A program made the position numbers and the translations under genes. Shown piece after piece: positions 9,323 to 17,892 of a stretch of 64,000 bases of DNA; positions within the stretch are counted from its first letter, which is position 1; each line of letters opens with the position of its first letter. The stretch is from an uncultured Hyphomicrobiales bacterium (GTDB taxonomy: Bacteria; Bacteroidota; Ignavibacteria; Kapaibacteriales; UBA2268): contig CAYXFU010000002.1 of the NCBI GenBank assembly GCA_964464375.1, positions 26,519-90,518 of the forward strand, in the 5' to 3' direction. A model generated the notes under the pieces. It was not told the DNA's origin and did not search any database. It saw only the letters and a list, made by a program, of their open reading frames with translations.

Positions 9323-11677
9323 TTAATATGAATAACTAAGTCTCATTCCAAAAGTAAAAGGTTCATTAACTACACTTGTTCTAAGTATATATTCCTGACG
9401 TTTGTTTCCAGCTTCATAAGTGTACCTATAATTATTCTTTGTAAATAGATTCTGAGCAAAAGCAGTTATTAGAAGATTCTTATTGATTGTATATGTCATT
9501 GAAGCATTTATCCTAAAATCTGCTGAATAAATATTATTTGAATTAATTATGTTCACAATTGAAATAAAAATAGTACTATCCTTATTGCCGGAAATGGCAT
9601 TATCTATCATTTTAATGCCATCCTTTGCTCCTTGAAAACCCCAAAAAACTCGAGCATCAATATGTGCGATTAAATCACCATTAAATAATTTAATGTTTAT
9701 AAAAAGTTTTGTTGAATTATTTGACCAATTGTTAACATCATTTCCTAAGCCGTGCAATTTTGATCCTGAAAGACCATAACTATAATCAGAGAAGCTTATT
9801 CCATTTTGTTGTAACGAATCTCTTAAACTCCACTTTAACTGCTTGGCAAACGAATGATTTATGCCAATATCTAAAAATTGATTATTATATTTTGCTTCTA
9901 TTTCGAATCCAAACATTTTTAAATTGCCCGTTGGGAGTGTTGTCCTGTTCAGATCATACCAGCTGATTACATCAAGATTGCTGTAAAATAATGATGATTT
10001 AAGAAGAAACCTCTCACTTAAAATGCCTGTATAGATAAATTCAATATTATCCAGATTCTCAGGATCGGAAATCTGATTGTTTTGATGCTGTATAAATAAT
10101 TCTTCAGCTGTGTTCATTCGTAAAGATCTTTGTGCAATCAATTTTAGAATATTTTTCTTATCTAAATCATATATTAATACTATTCTTGGTGAAAAGAGTG
10201 TTTTGGAATATGAATCCTTATCGACCCTGGCAGATAGGAGTAATGTTGTGTTTGCATATATATCCCAGTTGATTTCAGTAAAAGCTGAGATAGTATTGGT
10301 TGACCATCCACTGCCAACTGCATATATGGAATTTGTATCCGTTCCGAAAAAACTTTGATAGCCATAAGCCTGAGAATTTTTCCCAGATATGATATTTCCA
10401 TTGTCTCCCATTCTAAAATTGGTTTCATCCTCGAACCATGGTGCGCCCCATTTATTGTACGAAAACTCTAAGCCAAAAGCAAGAGTTAGGGTAGAGGAAT
10501 ATTCATTATTTAAGATCGATCTGATGTTTAGTTCGCTCTCTGCAAAATAGTTATACTTATTTCTAAGACTATTCACATCCATCAGTTGCTTAATGATATA
10601 GTCTGGAGGAGCATCCTTCTTTATTGGTTGTTGCAAATATTCTTGTCTTCTGATATTGTTCTCTGTGTCCCAGGAAATCTGCGTAGATAGGGAATGTTTT
10701 GTATCGAATTGGTGATTATTTGATAGAGTAAATGTTAGATGCTCATTCCTGGATTGCTTCAAATTAAAAGGTGTTCCGGCTATGGGATAACCCACTGAAT
10801 CCCATCCAACCATTGGAGAGATTTGTGGGTAGATGCCGTTTGTGCTATTGCCAAGTGATGTGTATCTTGCCCAGAATTTAAACTCAGTTAGAAAATCACT
10901 TTCTAAATATAATTTTATCTGAGGATTGTCATTGTAATCTCTATAATAATTATTCCATAAATAATTTTTGAATTGCTCTGCATTTGTCGCACCAAAAGAA
11001 TAAGTATTGCCAAAATAATAACCTTCAGTATTTTCTTGTCCCTGGGTTGAAGTTATGCTTCCATAAGAATAGACCTTTACTTCTTCTCCTAGATCGAAAT
11101 GACCATCCATTGATAAGCCATAGTTCCTGTAAGGTAGAAATGCCGATGCCGCTGCACTAAAGGTCTTGGATTGCTGATAGCTTTTGGTCGTTATATTTAT
11201 TACTGCTTCCACAGCTCCGGGACCATAAGTTACTGAGCCCGGTCCACGAACAATTTCAATCTGATGAATATCTCCCATATCCCAATTTTCTAATTCTGCT
11301 GTTGCTCCATTTCTGGCTTTCATATTCATTACTCTGCCATTTAGCAGTAACAGTATCTTGTAATTTCTGTCAGTTATTATTCCCCTTATGCCCAGATGCG
11401 GACTATCGTGGTGATTCATCCAAATAGCTCCAGGAACATACACTTCTATCAAGTCATATATGTTTCGTGCAGGCGTTAGCTTAATTTCTTCGGATGTTAT
11501 CACTGTTACTGATACGGGTGACTTTAGATTCTCTATTCCCGTTAGTGTACCGGTTTGAACCTTAACATTCATCAACTCATCTAGCGACATATCAAATAAT
11601 TCCTGTACTATTTCATTGTCATTAGCGGCTATTAACATGTTTGTTACCATAAGAAGAGAAAGGAAATATTTAAGCAT
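9323..11677 (-). CDS. TonB-dependent outer-membrane receptor
   Basis: 784 aa with a signal peptide, a plug domain (PVSVTVITSEEI...GIRGI...LLNGRVMN) and a long beta-barrel ending ...RLSYSY with an aromatic terminus. Confidence 0.85.
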   Translation of the reverse strand: MLKYFLSLLMVTNMLIAANDNEIVQELFDMSLDELMNVKVQTGTLTGIENLKSPVSVTVITSEEIKLTPARNIYDLIEVYVPGAIWMNHHDSPHLGIRGIITDRNYKILLLLNGRVMNMKARNGATAELENWDMGDIHQIEIVRGPGSVTYGPGAVEAVINITTKSYQQSKTFSAAASAFLPYRNYGLSMDGHFDLGEEVKVYSYGSITSTQGQENTEGYYFGNTYSFGATNAEQFKNYLWNNYYRDYNDNPQIKLYLESDFLTEFKFWARYTSLGNSTNGIYPQISPMVGWDSVGYPIAGTPFNLKQSRNEHLTFTLSNNHQFDTKHSLSTQISWDTENNIRRQEYLQQPIKKDAPPDYIIKQLMDVNSLRNKYNYFAESELNIRSILNNEYSSTLTLAFGLEFSYNKWGAPWFEDETNFRMGDNGNIISGKNSQAYGYQSFFGTDTNSIYAVGSGWSTNTISAFTEINWDIYANTTLLLSARVDKDSYSKTLFSPRIVLIYDLDKKNILKLIAQRSLRMNTAEELFIQHQNNQISDPENLDNIEFIYTGILSERFLLKSSLFYSNLDVISWYDLNRTTLPTGNLKMFGFEIEAKYNNQFLDIGINHSFAKQLKWSLRDSLQQNGISFSDYSYGLSGSKLHGLGNDVNNWSNNSTKLFINIKLFNGDLIAHIDARVFWGFQGAKDGIKMIDNAISGNKDSTIFISIVNIINSNNIYSADFRINASMTYTINKNLLITAFAQNLFTKNNYRYTYEAGNKRQEYILRTSVVNEPFTFGMRLSYSY

Positions 11678-11715
11678 TATGTCTTGCCTCTTAATTAGTA
11701 ATAAAAAAACCGGTC

Positions 11716-11797
11716 AAAATAATCTCATTTTGTGCTGGTATCTGCTAAATAAATTATTTAACTCAACAGTTACAGCTGAAACCATTTTGACCGGTAA
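11716..11797 (-). terminator. Long stem-loop plus T-run after the LuxR-family regulator gene; possible terminator
   Basis: On the minus strand, CCGGTCAAAAT, a roughly 50 nt loop, ATTTTGACCGG and then TTTTTTTATT. Confidence 0.3.
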
Positions 11798-11801
11798 TAG
11801 A

Positions 11802-12536
11802 TTAAAGAGAAGGTAAATTCTCTATCAAGTCCGACTCCAAGACTACCTTTATCAAACTTACCGTATTTTTTACACCCAACTTTTTAAGTATATTCTTTCT
11901 GTGGGTTTCTACTGTTCTACTGCTTATGTATAATTTTTCAGATATCTCTCTTGATGTTTGTTCTTCGATTATCATCTTCAACACTTGCTTTTCCCTTATC
12001 GTTAGATGTTGGAAATTCGAATGGAATTGAGACCTGTCAACTATTCCGTTGTCAAATTCTTCGTCATCCGATTCAACGCCAGATGTTTTCTTATCAAATT
12101 TTGCACTTGGCTGTGTGATCTTTTTCATCAGATTCTGGAAACTTAGCTTGCAGAAATATGTTTCTCCTGTGAGTACTGTATTGATTGCATCCCTTACTTC
12201 GTCGGCTTCTGCAAATTTTGTCAGGTAGCCATTGGCTCCGATTTGCATAGCCTTCTTCACTATCCAGCCTTCGCTGTGATTGGTTAACATTATGACTTTC
12301 ATTACGTCATTATTGGCCCTGATATCTCTCAATATCTGCATACCATCTATTATTGGCATGTCTATATCCAGCAACAGTACATCCACATCAAATTCTTTTA
12401 GCATATCTACTGTCTCCTGACCGTCTCGAGCCAGTCCAACAACCTTCATGTTGGTTTCCTGTGCCAAATTGTTCATCAACAGTTTGGCTACCAAGTAATG
12501 ATCGTCTGCAATTAATACGTTAACTTTTGGTACCAT
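11802..12536 (-). CDS. NarL/LuxR-family response regulator (REC plus LuxR-type HTH)
   Basis: VLIADDHYLVAKLL...VLLLDIDMPIIDG...GANGYLTK receiver. C-terminal LTIREKQVLKMIIEEQTSREISEKLYISSRTVETHRKNILKKLGV LuxR-type HTH. Confidence 0.9.
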   Translation of the reverse strand: MVPKVNVLIADDHYLVAKLLMNNLAQETNMKVVGLARDGQETVDMLKEFDVDVLLLDIDMPIIDGMQILRDIRANNDVMKVIMLTNHSEGWIVKKAMQIGANGYLTKFAEADEVRDAINTVLTGETYFCKLSFQNLMKKITQPSAKFDKKTSGVESDDEEFDNGIVDRSQFHSNFQHLTIREKQVLKMIIEEQTSREISEKLYISSRTVETHRKNILKKLGVKNTVSLIKVVLESDLIENLPSL

Positions 12537-12780
12537 ATTATTTTATACCCAATGTTCATAAAACTAAACTCTAACCCCCACAGACAAAGCCTTGTTTCTT
12601 TTTCCTCGTTTACCGAACCAAAATTAAAACATTGTTGAGTAATTCTATGTTGTCAAAATATTGTAAAGCAAATATATATAAAAAAACATCATTTTATATC
12701 ATATTTTTTCAATTCTACCAAATTCTACGGAAAATATCAGTATTGCTACTTATATACAGTCAGTATATATACGTAGTAAA

Positions 12781-12798
12781 AATACCAAGTACTTGGTA
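12781..12798. promoter_or_regulatory. Perfect 18-bp palindrome ATACCAAGTACTTGGTAT (7-2-7 inverted heptamers TACCAAG-TA-CTTGGTA); candidate operator in a divergent promoter
   Basis: The self-complementarity is exact, checked by hand. A third half-site-like copy TTTGGTAT lies at 12818-12825. It sits between the divergently transcribed NarL/LuxR regulator and the REC/beta-helix genes. Confidence 0.45.
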
Positions 12799-12892
12799 TA
12801 TTGAAAAAATCAGTAGTATTTGGTATTTCATGCTCTTGTTTACTTATATAAATTTGTATGTAGGATCATTACAATTATAAGAAATTAAAGTT

Positions 12893-13408
12893 TTGGAAGA
12901 CAGAATAAATAGCAACGAAGGTCTCAAACTACCAATAAGAGTGTTGGTAGCGGATGGGCACTATCTTAGTGCAAAGGTAATTGAACGATATTTTATAAAT
13001 AATGAATCTATTAATATAGTTGGAATAGCCGCAGAAGGAAGTGATATTCGTAGGTTGATGGGAGAGTCCCCCATAGACATTCTCCTTCTCGATCTCACGA
13101 TTCCGCAGTTCGACGGTCTGCAGGTTATATCCTTTGTCCGGTCAGTTTTTCCGAGAGTGAAAATCATCGTCTATTCGATGATTAATGATTCCGACACTAT
13201 ACATAAGGCATTCGACTTGGGTGCCGTCGGTTACATCACAAAGGACGCTGAGTACGACAAAGTAGCCGAGGCAATTATGTTCGCTCATCAGGGCGGAAAG
13301 TTCTTATGCAGGCAAGCTATACAAAGCGTGGACAATGGAAGGTATTATAATATTTTTATGACTTCAGGTCAAAAAAAAGACAAACCAGTTTCCCCTATGA
13401 ATAACTGA
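12893..13408 (+). CDS. Stand-alone response-regulator receiver domain protein with no output domain
   Basis: IRVLVADGHYL...ILLLDLTIPQFDG...VYSMIN...GAVGYITKD. The phospho-Asp, the Ser/Thr and the Lys are present. The N-terminal acidic pair is D-G rather than D-D. Confidence 0.8.
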   Translation: MEDRINSNEGLKLPIRVLVADGHYLSAKVIERYFINNESINIVGIAAEGSDIRRLMGESPIDILLLDLTIPQFDGLQVISFVRSVFPRVKIIVYSMINDSDTIHKAFDLGAVGYITKDAEYDKVAEAIMFAHQGGKFLCRQAIQSVDNGRYYNIFMTSGQKKDKPVSPMNN

Positions 13409-13430
13409 CTGACTTCAGTCTATTAACTTG

Positions 13431-13482
13431 TCATTCCTGCGCATGCAGGTAAATAGCTTGTCTTTCCTGCGCATGCAGGAAT
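13431..13482 (+). repeat. Two tandem copies of the hairpin repeat TCATTCCTGCGCATGCAGG(T/A)A; copies 2 and 3 of the family seen at 4614
   Basis: Stems TTCCTGC/GCAGGAA close on a GCAT loop, the copies about 30 bp apart. A T-rich tract 13491-13496 follows. Located between the receiver gene's stop and the beta-helix gene's start. Confidence 0.5.
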
Positions 13483-13616
13483 CTATTGTATTTTTCCCAT
13501 CCTTTTTCAAGGAGGGTGCCCGAAGGGCGGGGTGGTAGTACGTTATGTGCAACACAAAAAAAGAAAACAAAGCACTATATATAAGTCTCTTTTTAACAAA
13601 TTTTAGGAGTTTTTTT

Positions 13617-16600
13617 ATGAAAAAATGGTTTACGTTATTTATATTGTCATGCATAATGGCAATAAACGCTTACTCGACGACGATCAATGTACCAGCTGAT
13701 CATAGTACGATTCAGGCAGCAATAAATGCCGCATCTGCTGGGGATATCATCCAGGTTGCAGCAGGTACTTATACAGAGAATGTTCTTGTAAATAAAAGAT
13801 TAACTATTTCAGGTTCAGGTTCATCAACTATTATTAGTTCTGCAGCTGGAACAACCCCTGTAATGACTATTTCTGCATCTGGTGCAAATGCTTCAGATCG
13901 TTTAGTTATTAGTAATCTTAAAGTAACAGGAGCTACAGGAGGAGAAAATCCAGGAGCAGGTATTTTAGTTCAAACTACTACACCAGCAGGATATTATACA
14001 TTTTTAAATGTAGAGTCTTCAAGCAATCAAGGATGCGGTATTGCATTTAATAATACAGCAAGTGTAACTGATGTATCAATTGATAATTGTCTTTTCAATG
14101 GTAACGGATTTGGAATCCGAATTGCAACTGCAGTTCCTTCATTTGATGGTTTGAATGTATATAATTCAAATGTAACAAATAATAAATCAGCTGGATTTAC
14201 TTATAATCCAAGTGGTACTTTAACAAATGTTGGTACTAACTTTACTTTTACTGATTGTAGTTTTTACAATAACTCACAAGCTGGTGTATCCAATCAACAT
14301 GACCTAAGTTTCTTTGGATTCCACGGAAACGCTACTTTAACAAATGTTGCAATTGTTTGTAGTGATGGTCCTTCGACTACTCATAAAGCTCATGGATTAG
14401 TATTTACTAACGCATCCTCATATACACCATCTGGTAATATAACTTTGAATGGTGTTTCTGTATCTGGTGTTGTTTTTAAAAGTGCCATAACATTCCAATA
14501 TTATAATGATGTAAACAATATTTCATTAAGTAATGTTGATATCAAAAATTGTATTGCACCTTGGGGTCAATTAACAGTAGATCATCAAGATTCTGATCCT
14601 TTAAATATTGGCAATACTTCATTAAAGAGTATAGGTGTATGGAATTCTGGTGGAATTAATGCAACTTCAGCAAATTTCTTTGATGTTGTTGGAAATCCAT
14701 TAAATAAATCAGTTTTAGCTGATTGTTTTACAATTGAAAATCAAATTGGTCACAAAATTGATCTTTTATCTTTAGGATTTGTTACAGTAAATGCAAATAA
14801 TGATTATGTAACTACTTCAGGTTCTCCAAGCATTCAACGTGCAATTGATGCTGCATCAAATGGTTGGACAGTGAATGTTGCACCAGGTACTTATGAAGAA
14901 CAAGTAGAGATAACAAAAGATATAAACTTACTAGGTGCCGGTAGTACAACTATTATTAAATCTCCAATGTCATTGACAAAGAACTTTTCTGTTTCAGGTG
15001 GTCCAATTAATAAACCTGTTGTCTATATACATGACGTAGCTTATCCTTCAGTTAAAAACTTAGTTATTGATGGAGCTGGACGTGGAAATGGAAATTATAG
15101 GATGCAAGGAGTTGGTTTTAGAGATGCTGGTGGCAAACTTGAAAATCTAGAAATAAAAGATATTAGAGAAACACCGATCAGTGGTAGTCAGCATGGTGTT
15201 GGTGTTTATTCTTATAATGACAACGGTACAAATAGAAATATTGATGTTATAAATTGTACTATTCATGATTTCCAGAAAAATGGGATTGCATTACTTGGTG
15301 CTAATACAATCGGAAATGTAAATGGTTGTACAATAACTGGAGCTGGTGCTGTTGACTTCATAGCTCAAAATGGCATTCAATTTGGTTGGGGTTCTTCTGG
15401 TACAGTTCAAAATAACACTGTATCAGGTTTTTCATATACACCTTTTACTTATGTTTCGTGTGGTATATTGCTATATAATAACATCTCAGGAAGCAATATG
15501 ATTGCTAAAAACAATAATGTTTCAGCAAGTCAAGTTGGTATATATACTATTAATTATAATGCTATTGTTGAAAATAACACAGTAAATTCAACAAATCCTT
15601 CAATACTAACAGCATATTGGGGAATTATATGTGATCCGGCTCAGGATTTCTCAAAACTCTCACCATTTGATGGATTATTGAATATTACAAAGCAAAGTGA
15701 TGAACATCCATTGGCTAATTTAAACTTTGTAGTAAACAATAACATTTTAACAGGTGATTTGACACCTGGTTCAACTGGATTGGATTTCTATTCAGAAACA
15801 GATAATTTAAATATCATTGCGAATTATAATAAAATTACTGCGTTTGATTATGGTGTGAACTTTGCCGTAAAGTTTGCTGGAGCTATCAGTTCAGCGAAAT
15901 TAAATTATAATTTCATTTATGGAAACAATCATGGTATGTTCAATGCAACAACAACACTTGCGAATGCTAAATACAACTGGTGGGGTTCTTGTTCCGGACC
16001 TTATGATATATCAGTTTTCAATCCCGCAGGTGATAACAATACTACAGGCACGGGAAATGATGTATCTGACTATATTGACTATAAACCATGGATTGGTACA
16101 ATGGGTTCAGATATGGCTTTATGGCTAATGGGTTCAACTCTCCCAGGTGTTAATGGCACAGCAGTTCCAGTCTGGCAAGATTATGCAAATTGCAATGGGC
16201 TAGTTGCAACTGCACCAAATGTTCCAAAAGAACCTAAATTAGCTTTACCTGGAATATTAACTGAACCAGCAGTTGAATTCACAAGGGAATCAGCTTATGG
16301 AACATCCGATATTTTAACAATTCCACAAAATGATTTGCTTACAACTGATGTTACAACTGAATGGACTCCTTCAGCTGGTGAAAAGACATTATTTGTTGTA
16401 TTCAAACCTAAAACTGCACCAACAAAAGAATATTATTCATTTGATGGCAAACAGTGTATCGTTGAATTTGGTGGTCCATTATCTGGCTTCAATATCTACC
16501 TACATAATGGGTATATTATTTTCGGTATGTGGAACCGTTTCGAAAGAAAATATGTTCAATATACAGAATCACCTGAAACAGGAACATTTAATATTTATCC

Positions 16601-17243
16601 ATTTAATCCCGATAAATATTATGTAGCAAAATTAGAATATAATGGAACAAATTTCACATGTTCATTGTATGATAATGCTGGTGGAACAATAGTTAGTAGT
16701 CCGGTCGAGCCATTTAAAGGTATTTCTAAAGATGGATCAGATGTATCTGGAATTGGTGGAGCAGCAAGAACATCATATCACAACTACAATACTGGTGAAA
16801 CATATTCTGACAACTTCAACGGTTTCATAGGTGATGTCATGTTGTTCAATAAAAAATTATCTAATACAGATTTGAATCTGGTTCAGGGTTACTTCAATGC
16901 TCGTTATGGTTTCTCAATTGCACCTTTAGCAAAACAAAACGCACAGGACTGGATCGTTTTCGATCAGTCTAACTTCTCCGGCAAAAACGAATTGACAGCA
17001 GCTTATCCCAATCCATTCGATGCAAAGACAAGCTTCACATTCAATTTGGTTGACGCAGGCAATGTTGCAGTCGAACTCTTCGACGCACAGGGACAGAAAG
17101 TAAAGACAATGTTCGCAGGTCAGCTCGGAGCAGGAGTTCATGAGTTCACAATCGAAGGTCAGGATCTAAACTCAGGTCTCTATATGTTCAGAGTAACAGG
17201 CGACAACTTCAGCGAAAGCGGAAAAGTGATCTTAAGCAAGTAA
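13617..17243 (+). CDS. Large secreted parallel beta-helix repeat protein with a LamG/ConA-like domain and a T9SS C-terminal sorting domain
   Basis: The start MKKWFTLFILSCIMAINAYS has an AGGAG RBS 8 nt upstream; the track ORF starts 24 codons earlier. There are many beta-helix repeat turns (NxxxxGNxxGI...). A LamG-like region lies at residues ~930-1050. The last ~80 aa (...GLYMFRVTGDNFSESGKVILSK) form a canonical T9SS C-terminal domain. Confidence 0.85.
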   Translation: MKKWFTLFILSCIMAINAYSTTINVPADHSTIQAAINAASAGDIIQVAAGTYTENVLVNKRLTISGSGSSTIISSAAGTTPVMTISASGANASDRLVISNLKVTGATGGENPGAGILVQTTTPAGYYTFLNVESSSNQGCGIAFNNTASVTDVSIDNCLFNGNGFGIRIATAVPSFDGLNVYNSNVTNNKSAGFTYNPSGTLTNVGTNFTFTDCSFYNNSQAGVSNQHDLSFFGFHGNATLTNVAIVCSDGPSTTHKAHGLVFTNASSYTPSGNITLNGVSVSGVVFKSAITFQYYNDVNNISLSNVDIKNCIAPWGQLTVDHQDSDPLNIGNTSLKSIGVWNSGGINATSANFFDVVGNPLNKSVLADCFTIENQIGHKIDLLSLGFVTVNANNDYVTTSGSPSIQRAIDAASNGWTVNVAPGTYEEQVEITKDINLLGAGSTTIIKSPMSLTKNFSVSGGPINKPVVYIHDVAYPSVKNLVIDGAGRGNGNYRMQGVGFRDAGGKLENLEIKDIRETPISGSQHGVGVYSYNDNGTNRNIDVINCTIHDFQKNGIALLGANTIGNVNGCTITGAGAVDFIAQNGIQFGWGSSGTVQNNTVSGFSYTPFTYVSCGILLYNNISGSNMIAKNNNVSASQVGIYTINYNAIVENNTVNSTNPSILTAYWGIICDPAQDFSKLSPFDGLLNITKQSDEHPLANLNFVVNNNILTGDLTPGSTGLDFYSETDNLNIIANYNKITAFDYGVNFAVKFAGAISSAKLNYNFIYGNNHGMFNATTTLANAKYNWWGSCSGPYDISVFNPAGDNNTTGTGNDVSDYIDYKPWIGTMGSDMALWLMGSTLPGVNGTAVPVWQDYANCNGLVATAPNVPKEPKLALPGILTEPAVEFTRESAYGTSDILTIPQNDLLTTDVTTEWTPSAGEKTLFVVFKPKTAPTKEYYSFDGKQCIVEFGGPLSGFNIYLHNGYIIFGMWNRFERKYVQYTESPETGTFNIYPFNPDKYYVAKLEYNGTNFTCSLYDNAGGTIVSSPVEPFKGISKDGSDVSGIGGAARTSYHNYNTGETYSDNFNGFIGDVMLFNKKLSNTDLNLVQGYFNARYGFSIAPLAKQNAQDWIVFDQSNFSGKNELTAAYPNPFDAKTSFTFNLVDAGNVAVELFDAQGQKVKTMFAGQLGAGVHEFTIEGQDLNSGLYMFRVTGDNFSESGKVILSK

Positions 17244-17286
17244 TTAAGAATTAATAATTAATAATTAAGAATTGCATATAAAATAA

Positions 17287-17317
17287 ATCCCCGGTTAGCG
17301 ATAATCGGGGATTTTTA
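17287..17317 (+). terminator. Rho-independent terminator of the beta-helix gene
   Basis: ATCCCCG, an 11-nt loop, CGGGGAT, then TTTTAT. Confidence 0.6.
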
Positions 17318-17559
17318 TATTTAATTTATATTTCTTTTAAAAACCATTTCTTTGAAAAATTCCCTCCTGTTTCGCATATTGCATTTGGTGGCATGAAGAA
17401 GATGGTTTCTACCATGAAAACCTTATTTCTTCGGATAACCTTAGTAACAGGTGAATCCCTGCTAATCATAAACCTTATTACCTTATTCGAATAAGGTCAA
17501 AACTCAATGTGGAACGGATTTTTACTAAGGTTCACCAGTAAATACAAATAAGGTTTTGA

Positions 17560-17892
17560 AAAATCAAAAAACCCAATGCAATTAATGCAAAAGTGCAAAT
17601 TGTATTTCTCCCTTCCTCGAGGAAGGGTCGGGGTAGGTGTTGCATTCATAGCCTCTCCGATTGTCGGATAGAGTGAGGCTGATGAAAATTCTGTATTTCT
17701 GTTCAGCTACGTAGTAGCGAAATCTTAATAGAAAATAAATCAACAAAAGAGTTCAAAGCTCCGTAGGAGCGACATAAAAAAATCAAAAAACCCAATGCAA
17801 TTAATGCAAAAAGATGCAATCCTTTTGAAAGGTGGATAAACAAACTTAATTTTGCCAAAATACGATGCAACCGATGCAAAATGAAAAATAAA
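17560..17892. repeat. Copy A of a modular structured repeat: a partial unit tail, an 18-bp palindrome CCCTTCCTCGAGGAAGGG, then one full ~250 bp unit
   Basis: The full unit 17640-17890 is about 90% identical to 26818-27000 and about 80% to 27300-27385. Its modules are hairpin CTCCGA-TTG-TCGGAG, hairpin AGCTAC-GTA-GTAGC, hairpin GCTCC-GTA-GGAGC, an A7 run, phased ATGCAA-type direct repeats (CAATGCAATTAATGCAA, CGATGCAACCGATGCAA) and a dyad AAAAGAT-GCA-ATCCTTTT. It lies between convergent genes and ends 3 nt from the stop of the FadL-like gene. Confidence 0.6.

Noticed and set aside
12632-12880. 82-aa plus-strand ORF in the divergent promoter
   Set aside because: Low-complexity, AT-driven sequence of I/Y/F/L runs. 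It covers the palindromic operator candidate and promoter region. No RBS.
13415-13654. 79-aa minus-strand ORF
   Set aside because: Its translation simply reads through the tandem TCATTCCTGCGCATGCAGGAA hairpin repeats (..SCMRRKDKLFTCMRRNDKLID). It also overlaps the true start of the beta-helix gene. Spurious.
17800-17850. Possible replication origin, suggested by a DnaA-box-like GGTGGATAA plus AT-rich iterons
   Set aside because: There is only a single imperfect box. No dnaA/dnaN neighbourhood. The element is duplicated at 26.8-27.4 kb, which is inconsistent with a unique oriC.
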